Source: Hyaloraphidium curvatum SAG 235-1 (taxonomy: Eukaryota; Fungi; Monoblepharomycota). From it: 64,000 bases of DNA. How positions within the stretch are numbered: position 1 is the first letter of the stretch; every line of letters starts with the position of its first letter. The DNA lies in contig JAIVFI010000008.1 of NCBI GenBank assembly GCA_025558095.1, positions 62,001-126,000 on the forward strand, written 5' to 3'. Below are positions 30,250 to 42,581 of this stretch, piece after piece. Position numbers and translations under genes: made by a program. The notes under the pieces were generated by a model that was not told the DNA's origin, did not search any database, and saw only the letters and a program-made list of their open reading frames with translations.

Positions 30250-31835
30250 ATGCCAGTGAATCCCGGCGCCGCCGCCGCCCTCGCGGTGGCCGCCTCCGCC
30301 GCCGCCGGGCTGGCGCTCGCCTACCGCGTCCTCTGCGTCGGCGCCTTTTCGCCCTGGCGGGACGTTTTCCTCGGCGTGCCCGCCGCCCCGTCGCCCTCTG
30401 GGAAGCTGGCCGCGGGCAAGCAGCCCGGCGAGGAGGTTTCGGTCGACATCGAGGCGGCGGGATTCGTCGTGCGGGGCACCGCGGACGCGGCGTACGCCGA
30501 GGCGGTCGACGTGTTCGTGCGTAACATCGTCGAGGGGCACGAAGTCGGCGCCGGGTTCTGCCTCTACGTCGAGGGCAAGAAGGTTGTGGACCTCGCCGGG
30601 GGGCGCCTCGTGGGCGGCAAGGAGTACGATCGGTCGTCGGCCAACGTGGTCATGTCGTCGGGGAAGGCGGTAATGTCTGTCGTCGTCGCCTTCTGCGTGT
30701 CCAAGGGCTACCTGAAGCTGGAGGATCGTGTTGCGACGGTCTGGCCTGAATTTGCTGCCGGGAACAAGGAAAATGTGCTCGTCAAGGACATCCTCCAAAG
30801 CCGCGGCGGTTTGGCGTGGCTCAATCCGGAGCATTGCCCCACCGCCGAGGAGTCGTGGGACCTGGACGTGCTGGCGGCCAAGATCGCGCCGCAGCCGCAC
30901 AACTTTGGCGGGAAAAAGACTCAGATGTACCACGGGCTCACGCGGGGCTGGTTCATCAACGAGGTGCTGCGCCGGACCCACCCCAAAGGCTACTCCGCGC
31001 GGCAGATCCTGGACGAGGAGATCATGCCGCTCCTCCAGGAGCCCGACGATCCGTTCGGGCTCCCGGTGTACGTCTCGGTTCCCGAAACGCCGGAAGCGAT
31101 GGCGCGCCTCCGGACCCTGCACACCTACCCGACCGCCCGCACGCTGCTCCGCTTCTTCCTGCCACGATTCATGAACCCCGAGCCGATCCCCCAGGTCTAC
31201 ATCGAACGGAGCAAGAAGCCCAACCCGTACCTCGCCAAGATGACCACCACCGTGCCGGTCATGACCCGCCCCGACCCCGTCACGGGCGCGCGCCCGGAAA
31301 AGGACCTTCTGAAGCTGATCGACACGTGGAGCATCCGCAGGGGGGAGCACACCAGCTTCGGCGTGGTGACCTCGGCGCGGGCCATGGCGCGGCTCGCTGC
31401 GGTCGTGTGCAACGGGGGCACGCTGGACGGGGCCGAGGTGATCGACGCGCAGACGGTGGCGCACTGCGTCGAGGCGGATCCGTGGGTCGAGGAGGACCTG
31501 ATCCTCGCGTTCCCGGGGACATTCACCAACGCGGGATGGGGCATCCACGGGGACGTCCGGTACCCGCAAAGGCCGTCAGAGGCTGCGTGGAAGAAGCCCG
31601 GGTGGTCATGGTGCGGTTGGGCGGGCTTCGGCGGCTCCATGATGCAGTTCGAGCCCAAGAGGAACATCGCCTTCGGATAGTGGGTTGCGCGTGCGAATTC
31701 AGCCTATTGTCTGACACTGCCACCCTTTGCAGCTGCCCAACCGGTCTGCAGCTCGCCCCGTACGGCGATTTCAGGTCTGCGAGGCTGTTGGAAGCGTGTT
31801 TGGATGTCTACGACAGGATGCACGGGGAAACTTGA
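30250..31835 (+). CDS. Beta-lactamase/serine hydrolase (class C-like esterase) with N-terminal hydrophobic anchor
   Basis: SxxK motif MSSGK, YHG, GWAGFGGS; one short intron near 31679-31732. Confidence 0.88.
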
Positions 31836-32207
31836 CTGGGCGGCGTCGTATCTAGCCCACGCTTAGCTTGGTAGGTTATGTGTATATGTAAGTGTCTATC
31901 ACAGGTCAATATGCGAAAACTTTCGTGCCTTCGTGCGCGGTGGATAAAGTTCCGGCGTCGGCAGCGTGGCAAGTTGGCTCAACCAAACGCCGCCCGGAGA
32001 CGCACAAGGAGCCGGATGCTCGCTGCATGTGGACGCGCCTGCGGAGACTTCCCATACTCCGCCCGTCCGGGCTTGTTTGCGATGCGCGGATCGCGCTGGA
32101 TCTCGATTTGGGTGAGCCCAAGGACCGGGGTCAGGGAACTGGGAGACTTCCGTCAGCCACCGCGCCGATCCATCCCGACACCGCGAACAACAACCACGAG
32201 ACACACA

Positions 32208-33468
32208 ATGGCGACCGATTCCACCATGTCGCCCCCATTCACACCTTCCGCGGGCTCGGAGCCCGCTATTCCCGGGCCCGGCGGGCCGCTCCACGCCGCG
32301 CCGGCGCCGCCCTCGGCGGCCGCACCCTTCGCCTCCGCGGCCGCACCGCTGCCGGCGCCCTCCCCGGCCGACCCGCCGCCGTCGCCCTCCCCCGCGACCT
32401 CGGAGCTCTCCGCCCCGCGCAGGGGCCTGCACGTCCTGGGCACCCTCGGGCACGGCTCCCAAGCCTGCGTGCGGCTCGCCCGTCGGGGAGACGGGGAGTT
32501 GCTGGCGGTCAAGGGGTACGCTAAGCCCGTCCGAAGCGGCGAGCTCGACGCCGAGGCGGCAGTGCGGGGCGCCGCAGAGGCGGAGGCGTGGGCGCTAAGA
32601 GCGGGGGAGGGGCATCCGCACCTTCCGAGGCTCTGCGACTATTTCGAGTCGAAGTCGCGCCTCTACGTCTGCATGGAATATGTTGCCGGCCCGGTAGGTG
32701 CTGTAGGCCTCCGGATAGTGCGCTCGTGCTGACTTCCGTCCCGAACGCCAGAACCTGCAATCCCACCTAGATCGGCTCGGGAGAACGATGCCCGAAGACG
32801 ACGTCAGGCTCCTCGTCGGCACCATCCTGGGCACCCTGGCCTTCCTCCACGCCAAGGGCGTCGTGCACAGGGACGTCAAACCTGCCAACATCGTCCTGCG
32901 GGACGCGGAGGACCCGTCGTCGGCGGTGCTCATCGATTTCGGCTCGGCGTGTGCCGACCCCGCGACCGCGGACCCGGAGGCGTGCGCACGCCGGTCCCCG
33001 GCAAAGGTCGCGGGGACCCCTTTCTTCCTCCCCCCCGAAGCCTTCGCGGGTGAACGGTGCTCGGAAAAGACGGACATCTGGAGCCTCGGCTGCCTGACCT
33101 TCCAGCTCCTCACGGGCACAACCCCCTTCGCCGACTCCTCCTCCCTCGCCAATCTAAGCCTCCGCGTCGTCGCGTCGAGCTTCTCCTTCACTGATGGATG
33201 CCGCGCCTCCCCTGCCGCGAGGGACTTCATCCGCTTCCTCCTGCATCCAGACCCACGGAGCCGCCCCGATGCCGGGAAGGCGCTGGTGCATCCCTGGCTT
33301 TGCCCGCCGGCCCTCGCGCAGGTGGGGCAAGGTGCGGGGGCGGCGGTGGTTTACTGCGCCGAGGAGGGACTGCGGGTGCTGCGGATGCCCGGTGCGGAGT
33401 GGGATCCGATGGTCGCGCCGCCCGGAGCCGATCCGGGGAGGGTCGCGCCGGGCGCGGTGGTGGCCTAG
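32208..33468 (+). CDS. Ser/Thr protein kinase (CAMK-like), 2 exons (32208-32693, 32752-33468)
   Basis: LGHGSQACV, AVK, HRDVKPAN, DFG, GTPFFLPPE, DIWSLG; 58-nt intron at the same GP|NL site as the 3778 and 6142 kinases. Confidence 0.9.
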
Positions 33469-33992
33469 GTCGGACCGGCACCTCTGACATGGCTTGATGC
33501 GCGGTGGACGGGCGATTGCCTGATTTGTAATCGCCGGCCCGATCGGTGGCAATACAGGGCTGCGGCGAGGCGCCCTCCGGAGTCCCCTAAGAAAGCCACG
33601 CACTCGGGAGGTTCCGCAGGGGTCGGAGTGCCATTGACTTGCCGGTCTACGCTCTATTCGAAGGGAGGCACCGAACGGCCTCCAAGGACCGTTTTGTCCG
33701 CGGCCAGGAAACGGTGGATCCGGGGATCGGGCGGCGGGCCTGGACCGGCCGACCGCTTGCCGACCGCCAGTCTTTCCGAGGCGGACATCGCGGAGGGAAC
33801 CACAGAAAACCCTAGAGGGCAACAAAAACGCGATGGTGACTGCTTAGTGCGCTGCTCTGTGGACGCTTTCTGCGGCCAGAGACCCACGAAGCGGTGCGTC
33901 CCTCCAGGTCCCCAGGTGCCGGACCCTTGGCTGGCGCAATCCAGTCGTCGGCACAACCGGCCCGCCGATCGCCGTCCCTTCTCTCCCCCCCA

Positions 33993-35210
33993 ATGACGAT
34001 GAGCCGGGGCCCCGGCTCCGGCAGAGCCCCGCGGCGCTGGCCGTTCGACAGCGTGGCGCTGCTGGGCTCGGGCACTCAGGGCACGGTGAAGCTCGCCCGG
34101 CACCGCGGCACCGGCGCAAAGGCCGCCGTGAAGAGCTGCCCGAAGCCGCGCACCGCCGACAAGAAGGCGTTCGCGGCGGCGCTGGAGGCCGTGCTGGCCG
34201 AGGTGCGCTCGCTGGCGCTGGCCGGCGCGGGCGGGGGCAGGCACACGCCGGCGCTGCTCGATTTTGGGGAGACTTCTTCGCACTGGCTCATCGCCATGGA
34301 GCACATCGCCGGGCCGAACCTGCAGGAGCTGCTGCAGCGCAAGCCCGGCGCCAGGCTGCCGGAGAAGGACGCCGCAGCCGTGGTCTCGGGGGTGCTGCAC
34401 GCCCTGGTGCACCTCCACGCCAACGGCATCGTGCACCGCGACCTCAAACCGGCAAATATCGTTCTGCGGGACGCGGAAGACCCCGGCTCGGTCGTGCTGG
34501 TGGACTTTGGCTCGGCCTTTGCCGCCGCGGACAGCGCGGACGTCAACCTCCCCGATCCGATGGCCGCGAAGGCGTGCGGACGGAGCACCTCCAGCTCCTC
34601 CTTCGAGAGCATGCTCACCATCCGCGGGACGCCGTACTACCTCCCCCCCGAGATTGTCAAGGGGTTGGGCTACAACTCCCGCGTGGACATGTGGTCGCTC
34701 GGCTGCATCGCCTTCCAGCTTCTCTGCGGGGCGTCCCCTTTTGAGGGGTCGGCCTCATTCGCCCGGCTGTACGAGCGCATACTGGACGGTGATTTCTCCT
34801 TCCCGGAGGGCTGCACCGCGTCGCCCCAGGCGAGGGACTTTGTCGGCTCCCTTCTCCGGCCCGAGGCCGCCGAAAGGCCGACCGCGGGCGCGGCCTTGGC
34901 GCATCCGTGGATCGCACCACTGCACGCGGCCCGCAGTGGGGACATCCAGGCTGCCAGGGGCGAGTCAGGGATGCTGGTGGCGTTCACCGCCGACCTCGGG
35001 CTGCAGGTCGGCGGGTTCTCGGCGGTCGGCAACAGGGCAAAGTCGGGGACGATGGTGTCGTTCACTGTGGACGGCGCGCTGGAGCCGATGTTGCGGCCGC
35101 CCATGGATGGAGATTCGATGGACTTGCCCCCGGACGGGTTGGACATATTTGGCCCCATGATAACGGCCATGAACTGGGAGGTGATAAAGAGCACCTCCAC
35201 CTTGCACTAG
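33993..35210 (+). CDS. Ser/Thr protein kinase (CAMK-like), intronless
   Basis: LGSGTQGTV, AAVK, HRDLKPAN, DFG, GTPYYLPPE, DMWSLG in one continuous ORF. Confidence 0.92.
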   Translation: MTMSRGPGSGRAPRRWPFDSVALLGSGTQGTVKLARHRGTGAKAAVKSCPKPRTADKKAFAAALEAVLAEVRSLALAGAGGGRHTPALLDFGETSSHWLIAMEHIAGPNLQELLQRKPGARLPEKDAAAVVSGVLHALVHLHANGIVHRDLKPANIVLRDAEDPGSVVLVDFGSAFAAADSADVNLPDPMAAKACGRSTSSSSFESMLTIRGTPYYLPPEIVKGLGYNSRVDMWSLGCIAFQLLCGASPFEGSASFARLYERILDGDFSFPEGCTASPQARDFVGSLLRPEAAERPTAGAALAHPWIAPLHAARSGDIQAARGESGMLVAFTADLGLQVGGFSAVGNRAKSGTMVSFTVDGALEPMLRPPMDGDSMDLPPDGLDIFGPMITAMNWEVIKSTSTLH

Positions 35211-35342
35211 CGGTCGGACGAGAGTGGGTGATTTGTGGTTGTGGATCGAGGTTGCCGGCGGGCGTGTGTAGGCACGGAACCGCATCAAGAACAATCGATA
35301 ATGCGCGCACAATCACTCCGAGAGCACCCTTCCCCTTGCCGC

Positions 35343-36541
35343 CTAGTATCCGTTGGGCATTGCCCCCGCCGTCGCCACGGACTTGGCCACCCTCGCCCGC
35401 AGCCACTCCCCGGCCGTCACCCTCCTCGCCTCCGGCGCCGCCGGGTCCGCCGTCTCTCCCCTCCCATCCCCCAGCAGCGGCGACGGTATCGGGTCCAGCG
35501 GCGTCTCGAACCCCGGCCTGCAAAAGTACGCCACCGCCAGCCTCTCTTTCCCCGCCATCCCCGGGATCGGCGACGGCACCACGCGGTGCAGCGTGGACCT
35601 GAGCCCCGACCCCGTCCAGAACTGCAGGCAGTCGCCGAGATTGATGATCACCGCGCCCTGCACCGGGGGTACGTCCCGCCACGACCCACTGCGCGGGTCG
35701 AGGATCTGCAGGCCGCCCGTGGGGTCGGAAAAGACAAGGGAGACGGAGCCAAAGTCCGTGTGGGCGCCGATGCGGACGCCGGCTTCCTCGGGGGTCCATT
35801 CGGGGCGGGGAGCGGGATAGCGGACGAAACGGAGGGTGTCGCCGCTGGGGGCGTCGTAGGCGTGGAAGTTCGGGAGGTAATCGGGGTCGAAGGCGCCTTC
35901 GGTGGTGGCGGAGGGGATGCGGAGGCCGAGGGAGAGGAGGCGGAGGATGTCGAGGGAGAGGGTGTGGCACCGCTGGCAAGACCGAGCGGTGAGCTGCAGC
36001 CCAGCTCGGGACGAAAGGGCGACCAACCCGCGAGAAGTCTTCCAGCTCCGTCCACCGCTTAGCGAGGTAGTCCGGATGTCCGCGGTCGTAGCCGGGGTGC
36101 TGTTTGCCGAATTTCGCCAGGTTCCACATCTCTTTCTTGTCCGGGATGCCCGAAGGATCCAGGACTGCCCGTCGAAACCAGGAATCGTCAATCGCCGCCC
36201 GGCCTCCGCGAGCAAGAGCGACAGCACCAACCCTGTTTGCCGACCGCGCAATAACCGATGTAGTCTGGTCCCATTATGTAGCTGTCCTTCTCGTCCTGCC
36301 GCTCCTCAAACAGCCCCTTCGCGGTGTCGAAGGCCCACTTCACCCTGTCGCCGGGAATCCCGTGGTTCACGACGTACGCGAACCCGACGTCGCGCATGGT
36401 CGAGACGAGGAGATCCGCCAGCGCCTGGCTCCGGTGCGGGGCCGACCGGTCAAACGAGGCCAGGTCGACCACGGCGAGGTCCGCCGGCGGAACCGCGGGC
36501 GCGGCCGGGGGGCTATCATCGGTCTGAACGGGAGGGGCCAT
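35343..36541 (-). CDS. 2-oxoglutarate/Fe(II) dioxygenase (IPNS/clavaminate synthase-like fold), multi-exon
   Basis: DIOX_N-like VVDLA...DVGFAYVVNHGI; catalytic HTDFGS...STLHRV...ERLAVAYF. Confidence 0.9.
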
Positions 36542-37501
36542 TTTCTTCGGAGCAGAACTCCTTTAGGAATCTCGTGATGTATCCCTCGGCGAGTGGCGCT
36601 TGTAGCCAAGGGATTGCCAATGATCTTCCGGCCGCAGACCGTGCAACGGGCACTCCAGAACAAGACGAGCCCGCCGTTCTGATTCGGTCTCCATCTAAAC
36701 GTTCGGTTTTGCTGTCTGTGTCGAGGAGGCGGTGGCCTGCGGCCGGGTCGGTCGGCCGGTCGGGCCGGGAATCGGTCCCCGCCTCGCCGGGACACTTCGG
36801 AAGAACCGAGGGACCAACTTCTGGCCGGCTTCGTAATGTCGAGTGCGGCGGGCTCCGTCCCATCGCAAAGAGTCTGTTGCGGTGCGGCCACGGATCCTTC
36901 CCAGGGCAGACGGTTTCTCCGACTCCACCACGACCGCACTCGTGCAACCTGCAGCCCACCTGCTCAACGGCTCTGGCTGCGGGGCGGACAGCTCCTCCGG
37001 AGCACGCCCATGCAGATTAGGACTCTGCGATCGGATCGTTGCTCAACCGCGATCTGCGGGACCGGATCCCTGAACATCCGTGGTGACTCAACCGATCCGG
37101 TCGGTGGTCGCCCCGTCGCACTCTTCACGACCACTTCGGCGTCGGACCACGGCGGCAGCTTTGTCTCGCGCTTCTGTTTTGCCTGGCGCTCTTGGCGACG
37201 AGCGGGAACCGCACAGCTCGGATGGCCGGTCCAAATCCTCAAAGCAAAGCCAAATCCGGCAGGCGGTGTGGCCCACGTATTTCTTGCAGCATCTGGACAA
37301 AGTTAAGGGCGATTGTTCTCCATCGGGCGTAGCCGACCAAGTCGGCGCTCTTTCCGACCTGCGGCGCGCACTGCACCGGTTGGCGGGGCTACTTTTGTTG
37401 GTCTGGATCGCTCGCGGACTCTGGCGACGTCACGCCTGTGGTCGTCACCTCCGCCACAGGCACTCATCCGTCAGCGCGGGAGACCCGCCCCTCCGGACGC
37501 C

Positions 37502-39061
37502 ATGGCCTTCGTGCCGCCGGTCCTGTTCTCCCAGCCGCGGGAGGCGGCGCCGACGGCGGCGGCCGCGGGCGGCGCGGGGGACGACTGCAGGGCGCTCTAC
37601 GTGCGCGGCAAGAAGCGCCGGCGCTCCTTCCGCGACATCGAGCTGCTGTGGGTGCCCTGCACCGTCGGGGCGCGACGTCGCTGATGTTCCGCAGCGGGGC
37701 GGGGTCCGAGGCGCGGATCAAGCTCGTCGACGAGGTCGAGTCCGGGCGGCGCTACGGTGCGTGCCTCGGGGGGCAAACTCCTCGCAGCGACTTACCCGGG
37801 CCCGCAGCGCTGAAGATAGCCGGCAAGCCGAACTTTGGTCGCGGCGCGAGGGCGGACCACGAGCGGGCCGTCATCGAGCACGAGGCCCGGCGCCGGTTCA
37901 ACGCCGTGTGCCCGGTGGCGCTGACCCACGCCAACCTTCCGAGGTGCGGCGGGCTCGAGGCGCTCCACTGGAGACTCGCGCCTTATCTCTGACCCGCCGC
38001 CAGGTACTTCGAGTTCTTCGAAACCCGCGACAAGTGGTACTACCTGCTCGAAGTCTTCCACGGCGGGGTTGGTTGCCTTGCCTCCCGCAGCTGCACGTAG
38101 GTTGCTTATCTTCGCCCAATCAGGACCTCTCCGCGTACGCCAGCGACTGCGGAGGCACCCTTTCGGAAGCCCAGACAGCCCTGGTCACCCGCCTGCTGCT
38201 CGACGCCCTCGCGCACCTCCACGCGCACGGGATAACGCACCGGGACGTGAAGCCGAGCAACATCCTCCTTCGGCGCTCGGGCGACCTGAGCAGCCTCTGC
38301 CTGGCCGACTTTTCCGGCTGCTTCGTGGAAGAAAGACCCGAGGAGCAGCGGGGCCCCGTCTACTTCAAGCTGGACCTGCCGGATGCGGCCGTGGAAGCGA
38401 CCGGGGGCCCCGAGGGGTACTCGAGCCCGTCGGGGAGCGATTCGTCCAACTCCACGTTGCGGCGCTCGGGGTCGCTGTCGGGGCAGCCCGAGGCCGTCGA
38501 GCACTCGCCGATGCGGACCTTTACCGGTGCGTCCGAGGCGCGCTCCGCCCCAGTTCAGAAGCAGGCTCACCTAGTCCACATTCCACAGGCACTCCCTTCT
38601 TCCTGTCCCCTGAGGTGGTGCTGGGCATCCCGTACAGCAGCAAGTGCGACATCTGGGGCGCGGGCTGCACGGCCTACAACCTCCTCTTTGGCCGCACCCC
38701 CTTTGAGGACGCCCCCAACTTCATGGAGCTCTACGCCCGCATCGCTGCTGGGGAGGTCGGCATCCCCGACAGCGCGCCCGGCGTCTCGGACGCCGCGCTC
38801 GCTTTCCTCCGCCGGCTCCTGCGAGGGGATCCGGCGGCCAGGCCGACCGCGATCGAGGCGCTCGGGGATGCGTGGTTGCTGGCGCAAAGGCAGGACCATG
38901 CGCGCAGCGTGTCGGGCGTGCCCGTGTACTTTGACGAGGGCTCGAGGACGCTGCATGCCCTCGAGGCCCTGGAACTCTCGTCGGCGGGGGAGCTCGGGAA
39001 GCTCGCCGACTACTCCCTGAAGGCCCGATCACCTAACGAGCTGCTGCGGATTCCTGGCTGA
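37502..39061 (+). CDS. Ser/Thr protein kinase (CAMK-like), multi-exon, with long activation-segment insert
   Basis: Spliced LGAGSEARI, ALK, HRDVKPSN, DFS (for DFG), GTPFFLSPE, DIWGAG. Confidence 0.88.
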
Positions 39062-39252
39062 TTCATTCGCGGAGGCCCGCACGGCGGTGTACAGCTTGTC
39101 CCACTTGCTTCATATGCATAGCACTAGTTGGTATTGGACGTGAATCTCCGCACACTTGGCGTCGTGTAATGTTTGCGGAAGAGAGCGCCTCATCCCGAGA
39201 GAAGGACAACAGAATCATTCAACTAGTCGATGAACATCTCAACTAACGGATC

Positions 39253-41989
39253 TCAAGTCCAAGGAAGGCCCTTCGGTTTCACCGGCCGGGGCTGCTCTCC
39301 TCCGAGTACTCCTCCACGCCGTCTTCGTCCTCGTCCTCCTCCTCGTCGTCGTCCCACTCGCCGCTCGCCCTGCTGCCCTCGGAAGCCGTGCTGGCGTGCC
39401 TCAACCTCGCCGGCCGCTTGGGTGCGTTCCGCACCGCCTCCTCGACCTCCTCGGGCGAATGGGCGTGGGCCATGTGGTACTTGAGTCCGCCGGCCGAGCC
39501 GTAGCCGCGGGGGCAGGTGGAGACCGGGCACTGGTACGGCTTGTCGTCCTCGGGCATCTCGGAGCGCCGGATCAGCGGGATCTTGTGGAAGTGCACCTGG
39601 AAACGTCGAACAATTAGCGTCATGCAACCCATTGGTCGGCACCATGCAGCTCACCTTGTGGTACTTCAGGCCGCCCAGGTTCTTGTACTCCTTTCCGCAG
39701 TTGTCCACCGTGCAGATGTACCTCTTCTTGGGCCTCTTCCTCCGCACCTTCTCTCCCGGTTCTCCGTCCATGGCGGGGCCGGCGGGCCTCGCCGGCACCG
39801 CCGCCCTAGAGAAGTCCGGGTTGGGCCTGTCCCCCGGCCGCTGATCGGGCTGCGGAACCGGCTGCACCAGGTTGATGCCCTGACCGGCCTGCAGGGGAGC
39901 GACCGGCAGTGGCGGATGCACCGTGAAGACCGCTGTCTTGCCCATCAGTGCTTCCGGCGCGGTACCGACGTTGCCGAGCGAGAAGAGGTTGACGGCGCCG
40001 GTGAACCCGCGCACGGACGTCTTTCGCTGGCCGTCCTTGGAGTCCACCGATTCCGCCTCGTTCGGCTTCTTCTTCTTGGGCGTGCCTCCGAGCGCGGGGC
40101 TTCCGATCGGGCTTCCGGGGAGGGAGGCGAGGGACCCGGTCCGCGAAAGCACCTTTTTCCCGGTCAGCGAGGGCGACGACGTCGGCGAGGCCGTAAAGTG
40201 GTCCTTCTCCCTGAGCACCAGCTTCTGTGCCTCCGTCTCGAGCTCGCCGGGGCCCACGGGGCCCGTCGACTTGCGCTTCGAGGGCCTGGCAAAGTCCTCC
40301 ACCTTGGGCAGCACGGGGCTCGCGGGCTGGGTGGCCGGCTGGTCCGGAAGCTGTACGCGCTTTCGCGGCGGTGACGACTCGGCCGAGCGGGAGCCCTGGA
40401 GCGGGTCGGAGCTGCCAAAGAGCTTGCTGGGGTCGATGGATGCCGATGTCATGGGATAGGCCAGGGGCAGTCCGTAGTGGTTGCCCGACGCGGCCCCATG
40501 CTGCCCGTAGCCCTCCTGCACGTGGAACACCTGCACTTCCGCGGCTCCCGGGAGCGGCGGGATCCCCATGAGCCCGAGAGCCGCGACCCCGTGAGACGCC
40601 CCGTGCACCTGATGCACAGAGTCCACGTCGGATTTGATGTCCAGGCCGGCGAGGTACGGCGTCGCTTTCGTCGAACCGTTCGCGTGGCTTCCGAGGTGAA
40701 GCTCTTCGTAGGTCGTCGAGTAGAGCCCGGGGGTGAGACCGCCGGAAAGATCGCTGCCGGGAGATGCAGGAGGTATGCTGGAGGAGGTTTGCCCAGGCGA
40801 GGTGGCGCGGTAACCGTACGAAAAGTCGAACTGCGCGTCGGCGCTGGCAAAGGTGAAGCGTCCGTCACCCTCGGTGTATGAACGGGGGAGGGATCGGTAG
40901 CCTTGAGTCTGCCCAAAATGCTCGCGCTGCTGTTGGAGAACCTGGTTCTGCAGGATGGTCGACGGGGAGGGAGAGTTCGATTGACGTTCGATGGAAGCCG
41001 AGCGTCGTCGGTAATGAGGAGCACGAGCTCTTGGCACATGGAGAGTGCTGCCCTGTTTCATGAAATTAGCATTGTAGATCAGCAGAAACGGAAGAGAGAC
41101 GAGAACTCACATGGCCGGCCTCTCGTCCGTCTTCCTCGTAAAGAGGGCTCATTCCGGTTGACGAGTGGTTCGAGAAAGGGGAGTGCGCGTAGGATCCGTG
41201 TCCATCAGCGGCCATGGGCATGGGAAGGGTGCCGGCGATGGTCGGGATCTGCCCTCCGGGCCCGACAGGAACAAGGACGCTCCGGCCATCCGGCAGCGTC
41301 GCAAGCAGCATCGGCGGGTGGCTCACGATGGCAGGTGCGGCTATCGGGAGCGCATGCGCAGCAGGCACATGGTGCTGGACGTGCGTCGCGGCCGGAATGT
41401 GTCCGTGTTCCTGGAGTTGGAGGTCGGGCGCACTCTGCTCCTGCGGAGCCTCGATCGGCGGCTCAAACTCCTCCGCAGCCTCCACTTTCGGGGTAACCGA
41501 GTCCACGGCAACGAAGGACGAAAGCGAGCCCATAGTGCTCGAGCCTTCCTGGGAAGACTGAGTGGCGAAGGAAGTCTCGCCGCGAGGCTCCACCGTGCTC
41601 TCCGGGTCTCCGACAGACATCTTGTCCGAAGCGCAGTTTCCGGCCGCCTGGTGGCTCAACAGTTGAAACAGGTCGTCGAAAGTCCTGTTGCAGCAGCGGA
41701 AGCCCTGCAGGAAGTTGCGGGAGGGGTCGAGCATCATCATGGAGCCGAACGCGCTGCCGGTGCTGACGGCCGTCATCATGTGGTGCGGTGACTGCACATC
41801 CGAGTTGGCCGACGGCGGGCCCATCGACGGCAAGTGGGTGTCCTTGGCCGTGTGCACGTAGAGGGCGATTTCGGGGAGACCCGGGCGCCCGGGGGCCTGC
41901 TGCGCAGAGCTGGCGGTTGGGGCTGGCTCGGGGCTCTCGCCGGCCTTTTCGGCGGCGATGCTCATCGTCGAGAGCATTTTAGAGTCCAT
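39253..41989 (-). CDS. Sfp1-like C2H2 zinc-finger transcription factor, multi-exon
   Basis: N-terminal FRCCNRTFDDLFQLLSH; C-terminal YICTVDNCGKEYKNLGGLKYH and KPYQCPVSTCPRGYGSAGGLKYHMAHAH. Confidence 0.8.
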
Positions 41990-42581
41990 CCCAGAGCGAT
42001 GCAGGTATGCACGGAGCGCAGTCTGTGTTGTCGGTGGGGCCAGCCCAGCCCGTGGCCGCGGTCTCTCGGCCGGCGCAGCTCCCGCGCAAGCCTCGGTCGC
42101 AGCAGCCGGCTGTCTTCTCTCGGCCGCCTCAGCAAGCTCACGCCATTCGGCACTGTTCTGTGACCGCGCGGCCGGCTCGGTGAGGACCCGCGCGAGGCCT
42201 TGTTTACAGGCCGGCGTCGCGCAGACCCCGATCAGCCCGCGCGCTTCGGCTCCAGGGGGCCGGTGACCTCGCCGATGGCACGATGTAAATGCTCGCTGCC
42301 GGTCAGCGGGGTCCTCGGCGATGTTCCTTCGGGCCGATGGGGTAAGATTTGAAGGGGGATTTGAAGCCCGACAGCACCACCGCCACTGGGGGTCCTCCGA
42401 ACACCTCCTCACCCCCCCTTCGACCGTGGCTAAGTGAGACTGCGGCACAATTCCTCGCAATTTCCAGAAAGTAAGATTACCTACGACTTCACCCTGCTGC
42501 CTACAACTCCCCCGTGCGTTAGAAACACTACTTCGACCAAGAGCTAGCACATGCCAGAGTTCAAGACGAAGACTCAGTTCA

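Noticed and set aside
29668-31569. 633-aa minus-strand ORF and the many similar Arg/Pro/Gly-rich overlapping ORFs across the window
   Set aside because: Expected stop-codon scarcity at this GC content; they overlap well-supported genes in other frames.
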